32,289 bases of DNA. Source: Octopus sinensis. Its lineage: Eukaryota. A program made the translations under genes and the position numbers. A model generated the notes under the pieces. It did not search any database. It was not told the DNA's origin and saw only the letters and a list, made by a program, of their open reading frames with translations. Location: assembly GCF_006345805.1 (NCBI RefSeq), contig NW_021834731.1, positions 1 to 32,289 on the forward strand, read 5' to 3'. Positions 11,791 to 21,413 of this stretch are shown here, one piece after another; within the stretch, counting starts at the first letter, position 1, and every line of letters begins with the position of its first letter.

Positions 11791-12104
11791 TTTTCTGCTA
11801 TCTTGTATCTATATATCTCCCCATATATATCATATATATATATATATATAATATATATTAAATAAAACACAACAACAACAATAATAATAATAATAACATA
11901 ATAATAATAATAATAATATAATAATAATAATAATAATTAAATAGGGGTATACTTCAACTGCGGGAAAAATTCAACTTAGATTAAATCAACACAGTATCAT
12001 CTAAATCTATAAATATATCTAGAGATAAAACCACTATTATCAACTCAACAATGAATCATAAACCATCATAATAAGTAATAAATATATATCTGTATGTTTG
12101 GATA

Positions 12105-12159
<55 letters not shown>

Positions 12160-12231
12160 GTATAAATATATATATATCTATAATATTATTTTTTAAAAAA
12201 ATATTATATATATTTATATATATGTATATAG

Positions 12232-13747
12232 TTTTTTTTCTAGTTTCAGCTCAGAGCTGCGGCCATGCTGATGCACCGCCGTTTTGTGCTACACTGTTAT
12301 TACGACGAACCTCGTTCTATGTGACACTTGGTGAAGAATGGAGTTGATACAGCTACTCTCATTTGCACCTCTTGCCGTTGAGGTAGGTTTCATCTGGGAC
12401 TCATAACAGGAAGATGTCCAGCTTTGATTTAAAAACCGCTACATCTACTTTGTGCAAGTTCCTCAGACTCTTTTGGGAGAATATTAAAAAGCTGTGGGCC
12501 TTGAAACCCAGGCTGTTGCAGAAGCTGGTCCTGAAGCGTGATGGCATTGCTGGGATCTTGGCACTATGCAGCGTCGTCCCGTTCTAGCATTGGGTAGCTT
12601 ACAATGCCAAAATTTGGCACAATTCCTTCCAGGATCTTCCAGACATATATTACTGCATAACTCTCCCGTCTTCTCTCTAGGGAGTATAGTCTTAGCTGTT
12701 TCAACCTTTCCCAGTAGCTGAGCTGCAAAGAGACGATCTTCTTTGTGAATCTTCTCTGGATTGCTTCAAGATCCGCTGTTAATTTTACACTGGTGGGTGA
12801 CCATAGCTGTGAGCAGTAATCCAGGCGACTGAGGACGAATGTCCGCCAGAGGACCATCATGGTTTCCTTATCTCAAGTTCTGAATGTTCTTAGGATCCAC
12901 CCAGCCAGTCGTCTGCACTTTGTAGCCATCCTGGTAATGTGCACTCGGAAAGAGGTATCATCACTCATGTCGATACCCAGGTCCCTCACAGACTTAGGCT
13001 CTGGGATTGAAATTCCCTGTGGACCGGTGTATCCTGTAAGTTTAATATTCAGGTTTTGATGCTGGTAGCGCAGGGCCTGGAATTTTTCAGCATTAAACTG
13101 CATATTATTATTATCTCAGCCCATCTGTAGATTGAGTCCAACTCCTGCTGCAGGTGTGCAACATCGCTGGGGTTCTGTATTTTCTGCGAGACTTTCGTAT
13201 CGTCTGCATAGCTGGCCAGAGTGGCTCTCAGAGCATTTGAGAGCATATCTGAGAGGGCCACTATAAAAAGCAGTGGTCCCAAGACAGTGCCCTGTGGAAC
13301 ACCGCTCACTATTTGTGTGTTCATAGAGGTGGATCCATTAACCACAACTGCCTGACTTCTATCTTTCAGGAAGTCATGCAACCACACTCCAAGTTTTCCA
13401 GCTATGCCGAGGTCACGTAGTTTGTGGCATATCATACCATGATCCACTTTATCAAAAGCTTTTGCAAAATCAAGGTAGATTACGTCCACATTTGATTTGT
13501 TGAGTAACTGCCTCAGCACCCAGTCATAATGCTGTAAGAGCTGGGTCAGGCAGCTCCCACCTGGTCGAAAACCATGCTGGGTATTACTCAGCAAGTTATT
13601 TTCCTCAAGGAATGCGATTAGTTTCTTTCTGACTATCCGTTCCATGACTTTGCTGATGTGTGAAGTCAGAGAGATAGGCCTATAGTTTTTGGCATCTGCT
13701 CTACTTCCCCCTTTATGTATTGGGCATATTATTCCCTCCTTCAGCTT
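12232..13747 (-). mobile_element. 5'-truncated CR1-group LINE, reverse transcriptase pseudogene with intact 3' end
   Basis: Consecutive frameshifted ORFs 13049-13753, 12873-13103 and 12564-12860 carry NYRPISLTS, QHGFR, YLDFAKAFDKVDH, SGVPQGTVLGPLLF, YADD, DLG, LDYCSQLWSP, LYSLERRR. Confidence 0.95.
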
Positions 13748-14017
13748 AAACACATATATTATATTTTATTTGTTTTTTATGTTTTGGTTTATGTTTATCA
13801 CTGTTTGAGTTGCATAATAGTGGTTATATTTCTAATTTATTTTATATATATATATATGTGTAATACAAATAACATATATATTTATACATATATATATATG
13901 CATATATACATACGTACATGTACACACTTATGTATATATATATATATATATATATAAATCAGCAAACACTATGCTTTTTTCGGTAAAATCCGCGGCATTA
14001 TATAGAGAGAGATGAAT

Positions 14018-14419
14018 TATAATTTCAACAATTGAGGGTAAAATTAATTAATTAATCAATTTCACCAAGTGTTCAGTATGCAAAGGGAGTTCTGAGCTGA
14101 TGATAGAAGTGTCGTGTTGACTAATCTTGAAACGTACGTTCTCAAATAACCTTTGCACTTGATTTTTTAATGTCTCTACCCCCATATTTGCGTGAGTTGA
14201 ATTGAGCAAGCACTATATGAGAGAGGTTTCTTAAGTATTAGAAATAGTTTTAAAAAAGTTTTTTTTTTAGCTGCTATTTCTAATGAGTTCAGTATGCAGC
14301 AAAGTAATTTATTTTACTAAGCCCTTTATATAATGTAATAATTTGAATTCGCCTTAAATGGTCCCTTTGCATACTGAACACTTGGTGAATTGATTATTAA
14401 TTAAATTTACCCTCAATTG

Positions 14420-14431
<12 letters not shown>
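14018..14431 (+). mobile_element. Fold-back element with ~70-bp inverted ends and an internal hammerhead motif (Penelope-like pLTR remnant)
   Basis: 14018-14088 is the reverse complement of 14362-14431 with a few indels; right end abuts (TA)n. Confidence 0.75.
14079..14157 (+). ncRNA. Type I minimal hammerhead ribozyme motif
   Basis: TGAG-CTGATGA (14097-14103), imperfect stem II, GAAAC-GTAC-GTT-CTCA; distal stem I TGCAAAGG/CCTTTGCA. Confidence 0.7.
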
Positions 14432-14451
<20 letters not shown>

Positions 14452-14479
14452 AGTATATATTATATATATATTATAATAC

Positions 14480-14517
<38 letters not shown>

Positions 14518-14579
14518 ATATATATAATATATATGTATATATATTATATGTGCGTGTGGTGTGTTGTGTGGGTGTTGAT

Positions 14580-14920
14580 ATGCACATATGGGCGCTGTAT
14601 GTCATGAAACGGGTACAATAAAAAAATACGAAGCACACGTACATGAACCACTCTTTCGAATAACGAAAGACACAAATGGAAAGTGAAACAAACAACATAA
14701 AGAACGACCCTTCATCAGTTGTTGGATGTTTTTCTAGTCTCATATTTCGAGCATTGAACAACAATATACGCTCGGAGGAAGCACGTAAATATGAAACAAG
14801 GTAGTAGAAAAGAGTACTGAAATACGAAAGGTAGAGCAACATGCTTTATTTAAAAGCAGCAGAAATATAGCAAAAACTGCTTCTCAGAGTTGCATGTTCC
14901 CATTCGTTGGACAGTTTTGT
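14580..14920 (-). mobile_element. Degraded repeat, possibly Penelope-like terminal repeat
   Basis: Minus strand holds CTGATGAAGGG (~14708-14718) and a heavily mutated hammerhead-shaped segment at 14871-14920. Confidence 0.35.
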
Positions 14921-15317
14921 GAGAATCTTAGAACATAAGTTATGTTTTTATTTTAAGATATATTGTTGAATTTTTTCGATTTTTTATTGTAAAATTACGT
15001 ATTTTTATATATATTTATCTTTTCTTATAAGATAATATACGTACATTTATTTAATTATTTTATTGTTTTTATCTCAGACTTGATGAGTGACTATATTTAA
15101 ATTGATTTTGCTGTTATCGATTTGAAAATATAGCCACGACAAACATGTAGTCTACTTACTAATTATATACTACTTATTTATTATTCAGTACTTTATTTAG
15201 TTCTAGGTAAACGTTTTATCGTATCTTTAATTTTTTTCTATATGGTATGATTTAAGTATATCATTGTTGTATTACTTCATGGTGGTTCTTCTCTAATTTA
15301 TATACATACATACATAT

Positions 15318-15526
15318 CTCTTTACTCTCTTTACTCTTTTACCTGCTTCAGCCACCCGACTGCGGCCATGCTGGAGCACCGCCTTTAGTCGAGCAAATCG
15401 ACCCCGGGACTTATTCTTTGTAAGTCCAGTACTTATTCTATCGGTCTCTTTTGCCGAACCGCTAAGTGACGGGGACGTAAACACACCAGCATCGGTTGTC
15501 AAGCAATGCTAGGGGGACAAACACAA

Positions 15527-15560
<34 letters not shown>
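15318..15560 (-). mobile_element. SINE family B, 3' half
   Basis: Tail and body up to the internal (CA)n(TA)n. Confidence 0.88.
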
Positions 15561-15625
15561 GCACATATGGCATATCTTTCCCGCCTATTCTCCCCGCTAT
15601 ACTTCTTACTATCCATCTAACTCAC

Positions 15626-16599
15626 TTTGCAGGTGCATAGCGTCTTCAAGGTTTTCCATCACCTTTGTATCATCGTGGATCTCTGTGTGGCTGAAGGCAT
15701 ATCTAAGAGGGCCATTATGAACAGTAGTATTCACAAACAGTGCCTTGTGGAACACTACTCACTATTTGCTTGTCGTTGGAGGTGGCTCTACAGGTTACTA
15801 CTGCTTGAACTCAATCTTTCAGAAAGTCATGCAGCCATTCTCCCAATTTCCCGACTATGCCGAGATCATGCAGTTTGTGACACATTCCATGATCGGCCTT
15901 ATCGAAAGCCTTTGCAAAATCGAAACATATCACACCCACATTTGAGTGGTTGAGCAGCTGTTTCAACAACCAGTCATAGCGTTGTAAGAGCTGCATCAGG
16001 CAGTTTGTTCCTGGTCGGAAACCATGCCGGGTGTCAATCAGGAAGCCCTTTTCCTCGAGGTGATTAGTTTTCTTCTGACTATCCGTTCCATGACTTTGCT
16101 GATATACGTGGTTAGAGAGATAAATCTGTAGTTTGTGGCCTCGGTACGGGTACCACCTTTATGGATACTCTTTACACTTTTATTTGTTTCAGTCATTTGA
16201 CTGCGGCCATGCTGGAGCACCGCCTTTAGTCGAGCAAATCGACCCTGGGACTTATTCTTTGTAAGCCCAGTACTTATTCTATCGGTCTCTTTCGCCGAAC
16301 CGCTAAGTGACGGGGACGTAAACACACCAGCATCGGTTGTCAAGCAATGCTAGGGGGACAAACACAGACACACAAACACACACACATATACATATATATA
16401 CATATATACCACAGGCTTCTTTCAGTTTCCGTCTACCAAATCCACTCACAAGGCATTGGTCGGCCCGGGGCTATAGCAGAAGACACTTGCCCAAGATGCC
16501 ACGCAGTGGGACTGAACCCGGAACCGTGTGGTTGGTTAGCAAGCTACTTACCACACAGCCACTCCGGCGCCTGGGGCATATTTTCCCTTCTTTCATCTT
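15626..16599 (-). mobile_element. Second CR1-group RT fragment, split by a SINE-B insertion
   Basis: 15626-16166 encodes IHKGG..NYRFISLT..SKVMERIVRRKL..DFAKAFDK..SVPQGTV; 16573-16599 encodes the preceding KMKEGKICP. Confidence 0.88.
16167..16572 (-). mobile_element. SINE family B, full length, nested in the LINE RT
   Basis: Complete head-to-tail match; excising it rejoins the codons for ICP|IHKGG in frame. Confidence 0.9.
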
Positions 16600-16659
16600 C
16601 CTTGTAAATTTGTTCTTTTATTATTTATGTTCTTATACATACATACATACATATATATA

Positions 16660-16838
16660 ACCGTGACCGACCAGGCTATCAGATGTTGCTACACATCGCT
16701 GGTCACAATACGCTTCGCATTGTTTTAGCCTTCAAATGACGCCACTCCGCTGGCTAAGCGAGCAGGCCAACAAAAGACAGAGTGAGAGAAAGTTGTGGCG
16801 AAAGAGTACAGCAGGGATCGCCACCACCCCCTGCCGGA
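16660..16838 (-). mobile_element. SINE-C sister subfamily fragment (C body, different 3' tail)
   Basis: 16780-16838 matches the SINE-C body (GATCCCTGCTGTACTCTTTC..ACAACTTTCTCTCACTCT); 16660-16770 is an unrelated tail. Confidence 0.8.
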
Positions 16839-16849
16839 TATATATATTA

Positions 16850-17197
16850 TATTCTTTTATTCGTTTACTTGTTTTAGTCATTTGTCTGCGGTCATGTTGG
16901 AGCGCCGTCTTTAGTCTCACAAATCGACCCCAGGACTTATTCTTTTGTGACCCTAGTACTTATTCTATTACTTTCTTTTGCCGGGGACGTAAACACACGA
17001 ACATTGGTTGTCCATCAGGTGGACGGACAAACACACACACACACATACGACAGACTTCTTTCAGTTTCCGTCTACAAAACCACAAGGCTTTGGTTGGCCC
17101 GAGGCTACTGTAGGATACACTTGTCCAAGGTGTCATGCAGTGGGACTGGACCCGGAACCATGTTGTTCGGAAGCAAGCTTCTTACCACTCCTGTGCC

Positions 17198-17198
<1 letters not shown>
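16850..17198 (-). mobile_element. SINE family B, diverged copy
   Basis: Homology to the other B copies over tail, body and head. Confidence 0.82.
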
Positions 17199-17243
<45 letters not shown>

Positions 17244-17252
17244 TATATATAT

Positions 17253-17373
17253 TAGCCTGCTTGCTTAGCCACCAGTGTGGCGTCATTTGAAGGCTAAAAC
17301 AATGCGAAGTGCATTGTGACCATCGATGTGTAGCAACATCTGATAGCCTGGTCAGTCATGGTGATCACGGTGA
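17253..17373 (+). mobile_element. Tail-only fragment of the SINE-C sister subfamily
   Basis: Reverse complement of 16660-16770 (GGCGTCATTTGAAGGCTAAAACAATGCGAAG..GATAGCCTGGTC). Confidence 0.78.
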
Positions 17374-17404
17374 TATAATATATTATATATATATATATAG
17401 TATG

Positions 17405-17627
17405 TACTCTCTTTTACTCTTTTACTTGTTTCAGTCATTTGACTGTGGCCATGTGGGAGCACTACCTTTAGTTGAGCAAATCGACCCCAGCACTTATTCT
17501 TTGTAAGCCTAGTACATATTCTCTCGGTCTCTTTTGCCGAACCGCTAAGTTACGGGGACGTAAACACACCAGCATCGTTTGTCAAGCGATGTGCGGGGGA
17601 CAAACACAGACATACAAACACATACAC

Positions 17628-17683
<56 letters not shown>

Positions 17684-17869
17684 TATACATATATATATAT
17701 ATATAATATATATATACGACGGGCTTCTTTCAGTTTCCGTCTACCAAGGCTTTGGTCGGCCCGAGGCTATAGCAGAAGGCGCTTGCCCTAGGTGCCACGC
17801 AGTGGGACTGAAGCCGGAAGCATGTGCTTTGTAAGCAAGCTACTTACCAACACAGCCACTCCTACGCCA
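17405..17869 (-). mobile_element. SINE family B with expanded internal (CA)n
   Basis: Full-length homology to the other B copies. Confidence 0.88.
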
Positions 17870-18037
17870 TATATATGTATGTATATGTATGTGTATATTA
17901 ATATATATATATATATAATATTATATATATATTATATATAACGGGAAGCTTTATGAAAATAGACAACGGACGAAGGCAGGTGGGAACAACAAACAATTGT
18001 ATTAGTATGGCGCTCAGGAAATATAAATAAAAACAAG

Positions 18038-18076
18038 TCTTTAACGTTTTCGAGCCTACGCTCTTCAACAGAAAGA
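18038..18076 (-). ncRNA. Minimal hammerhead-like motif within an unclassified repeat (~17940-18240)
   Basis: Minus strand TCTTT-CTGTTGA-A-GAGC-GTAG-GCTC-GAAAACGTT-AAAGA; perfect stem II, variant core. Confidence 0.5.
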
Positions 18077-18394
18077 TACACAGAGAAAAAAACACAGAAA
18101 GAAGGAGAGAAAAAAAATATATGCGTGCAGAAGCTAGCGAATCAACATGGCGATCTGATTTCGGCCAGAAGTCAAAAATCAAAACATGAGACGCAAGAGC
18201 GAAATTAGGGAGATAATAGGGTTGAATGCCCTCGCTCCACATAAGAGTGTGTGTGTGTGTATGAGAAGGAGTGTGTGTGTGTATGAGAAAGTGTTGTGTG
18301 TGTATGAGAGAGTATTAGTGCGTAGAGAGGTCTGGACGTGTGTATGTATATATGATGTGATGTGTAAAGTCGTATAGGTGTATGTAGAGAGAGG

Positions 18395-18645
18395 AAGAGG
18401 GGGAGGGGAGGGGAGAAGAAAGGGGAGAAGGGGGAGAAGGAAAGGGAGAAGAGGAGGGGGAAGGGGGAGAAGGAAAGGAGAGGAGAAGAGGAGGGGGAGA
18501 AGGAAGGAGAGGAGGGGAGAGGATGAGGGAGATACGGGAGGGGGGAAGGAGAGGAAGGGGAGTGAGAGAGCAGAGAGAAAGAGGAAGGGGAGAGGGAAGA
18601 AGGAGGGAGGGGAGAAAGAGGGAAGAAGGGAAGAGGAGTAGGGGT
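18395..18645 (+). repeat. Polypurine (GGA/GA-rich) tract
   Basis: ~250 nt almost entirely A/G. Confidence 0.9.
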
Positions 18646-19199
18646 GAAAGTATGAAGGACTGAAGAGAGTAGGGGTCGGGGTGGAGTTAGATGAGGAGGG
18701 GGCGGACAGTTGAGACCAAATGGCGTATAAGAGCGAAGATAGATAGATATAGATATAACAAAGTTAATGAACAGTAACTGGTGTGACATCATAATGATGT
18801 CATCACTTAGAAAACAAGCAAATAAAACCAACAACAACAAAAAAAGAAAAATAAATATTCTGCACTAAGACCGCGCATCTAAAACCACCACTAAAACCAC
18901 CACCACCACCACCCAAAACAGTGGCAACAACAACAAGAACAACCATTATCGCTATCGCCACAATTCCAACGTCGTCACCGCCGCCGCCGCCGCCACACCA
19001 TCGTAGCCCTTGTTTCTTATCCCCTTTTTCCCCTCCCTAAACCTTCCCCTTTACCTAACGAATAACGTTCAACTCGAAACAAACAGACACCCAAAACGTG
19101 ATACGTAAAGCTATCTTAGCAGTGCCCCATAACCCGCAGAACGATTATCAGACAGGATTTTTACATCACATCAAATTCTCATCTTCACATCACCCATAG

Positions 19200-19239
19200 C
19201 ATATATATACACACATGCATACGTACACCCACACACATG

Positions 19240-19307
<68 letters not shown>

Positions 19308-19614
19308 CATAGCTACATACTTATAATAAGTATATGTATATATATATATATAATAGATATAAGATATATTATATAATTATATACATAGCTACATACATAT
19401 ATATTGTAAGTATATGTATATATGCAAATATATACATACATTCCTATTTTATTCTTTATTTTATCTGTTTTTTTCAGCTCACGAGCTGTGGCCATGCTGG
19501 GGCACCGCCATTTTGCTGTGGCACCATATATATATATATATATATTTTATATATATATATTGTGTGTATATTATATATATATATTTGTGTGTATATATAT
19601 TAATATTATATCTA

Positions 19615-19645
<31 letters not shown>

Positions 19646-19686
19646 ATATTCTGTATATAATATATGTATATCTATATGTATATATA

Positions 19687-19725
<39 letters not shown>

Positions 19726-19755
19726 TATATATATCTATATATAATATATGTATAG
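19200..19755. repeat. (TA)n-rich tract
   Basis: Read directly. Confidence 0.9.
19445..19525 (-). mobile_element. Extreme 3'-tail-only copy of the CR1-group LINE
   Basis: TTTCAGCTCACGAGCTGTGGCCATGCTGGGGCACCGCC matches the LINE end at 12244-12280. Confidence 0.7.
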
Positions 19756-20158
19756 GTATGACATCTAGATGAGTGGTTAGAGATTAAATAAGATGGGGGT
19801 CGAACTTACGATTTTGTTGACCCGTTTTCTTACGCCACATATGATAATGCAGAAGATAATACAGAAGATGGCATCATGGAACCTGTTGTATCTTCTTTGT
19901 TTTTGTTTTTAATGAAAATTGAACGTGAACTGTAATCTCTTTGATTGTTCCTTGGTATTACGTCAGTAAGTGGTGTAGGCGGGAATCATCTCCGTCAGAA
20001 ATCCAAATCGTTTTTTTGTTTCTTGGCTTTACTTTGTTCAAAGGTGAAACGAATACGTTATTTTCTGTATTTATTCGAGTAAATTTCATATGATTTAATT
20101 ATGCATAATTAAATCTCAGAATGAGATTGAAACAGTAATCGCTCGATAATGTAAAGTA

Positions 20159-20585
20159 TAGGAGTGGCTGTGTGGTAAGTAGCTTGCTAACCAGCCACAT
20201 GGTTCCGGGTTCAGTCCCACTGCGTGGCATCTTGGGCAAGTGTCTTCTGCTATAGCCCCGGCCAACCAATGCCTTGTGAGTGGATTTGGTAGACGGGAAA
20301 CTGAAAGAAGCCTGTCCGTATATATATATGTATATACTAAATTATTATGTGTGGTGTGTGTGTTGTTGTGTGTGTGGTGTCTGTCTTTGTCCCCCTAGCA
20401 TTGCTTGACAACCGATGCTGGTGTGTTTACGTCCCCGTCACTTAGCGGTTCGGCAAAAGAGACCGATAGAATAAGTACTGGGCTTACAAAGAATAAGTCC
20501 CGGGGTCGATTTGCTCGACTAAAGGCGGTGCTCCAGCATGGCTGCAGTCAAATGACTGAAACAAGTAAAAGAGTAAAAGAGTAAA
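20159..20585 (+). mobile_element. SINE family B, nearly full length
   Basis: Head to (AAAAGAGT)n tail. Confidence 0.9.
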
Positions 20586-20590
20586 TGAGA

Positions 20591-20805
20591 GTAAGCCATC
20601 TTATCATGGCTAACCACATTAGGGAGGGGGTGTTACTGTAGCTTTATAGCCCCAAGAGATCTTCGTCTCAAGCTGGCTTTAGACACAATATCAGTGTCCT
20701 TGGAGTATTTGCAAAGGGAGGCCATCCCTTCCTCGCAAGCCTGAGTGATACGCTCGAACTAGTTTCGGAATTGTTGTCCCTCGTCAACGGGTGGTAACCA
20801 CCAGG
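20591..20805 (-). mobile_element. Monomeric relative of the 5855-6188 element with a complete but mutated hammerhead at 20740-20805
   Basis: Collinear motifs GCCAT..ATGGCTAACC, TACTGTAG..TAGCCCCA, AGCTGGCT.TAGACAC..GTGTCC, AGTATTTG..AAGGGA; minus strand TTGACGA-GGGACAACAATTCC-GAAAC-TA-GTT. Confidence 0.7.
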
Positions 20806-21009
20806 TAGCGATGATTAAATTATGATTAAATTTTAATCTCCTTCGTAGGTTTAATCACTAGGCCCTGAAGTACTTTTTACGTTAATGACGTCTCAAAATT
20901 GTCAGATGCTTTCAAAATCAGACCATACTGACACAGTTAACTCCCTAATGATTCGAAATTAAATGTTGATCAAGGTTTTCAACGTAAGAACCTCTTTATA
21001 TGAAGAGTA

Positions 21010-21413
21010 TACTCTTTTACTGTTTTACTTGTTTCAGTCATTTGACTGCGGCCATGCTGGAGCACCGCCTTTAATCGAGCAACTCGACCCCGGAACTTAT
21101 TCTTTTGTAAGCCCAGTACTTAGTCTATCGGTCTCTTTAACCGAACGCTAAGTGACGGGACATAAACACACCAGCATCGTTGTCAAGCAATGCTAGGGGG
21201 ACAAACCCATACACACACACACATATAATATATATATATAATACATATAACGACAGCTTCTTTTCAGTTTCCGTCTACCAAACCACTCACAAGGCATTGG
21301 TCGGCCCGGGGCTATAGCAGAAGATACTTGCCCAAGATGTCACGCAGTGGGACTGAACCCGCAACCATGTGGTTGGTAAGCAAGCTACTTACCACACAGC
21401 CACTCCTGCGCCT
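21010..21413 (-). mobile_element. SINE family B, full length
   Basis: Tail (ACTCTTTT)n to head CTCCTGCGCCT. Confidence 0.9.

Noticed and set aside
12232-13747. Reverse transcriptase as an active or domesticated gene, or a retron-like system
   Set aside because: 5'-truncated with multiple frameshifts, no endonuclease domain and an ordinary LINE tail; a dead retrotransposon copy
14655-14760. CTGATGA and GAAA motifs on the minus strand as a hammerhead
   Set aside because: No consistent stem II or stem I pairing in either type I or type II topology
18205-18840. Pro/Ser-rich and Arg/Gly-rich ORFs
   Set aside because: Translation of a polypurine/polypyrimidine low-complexity tract
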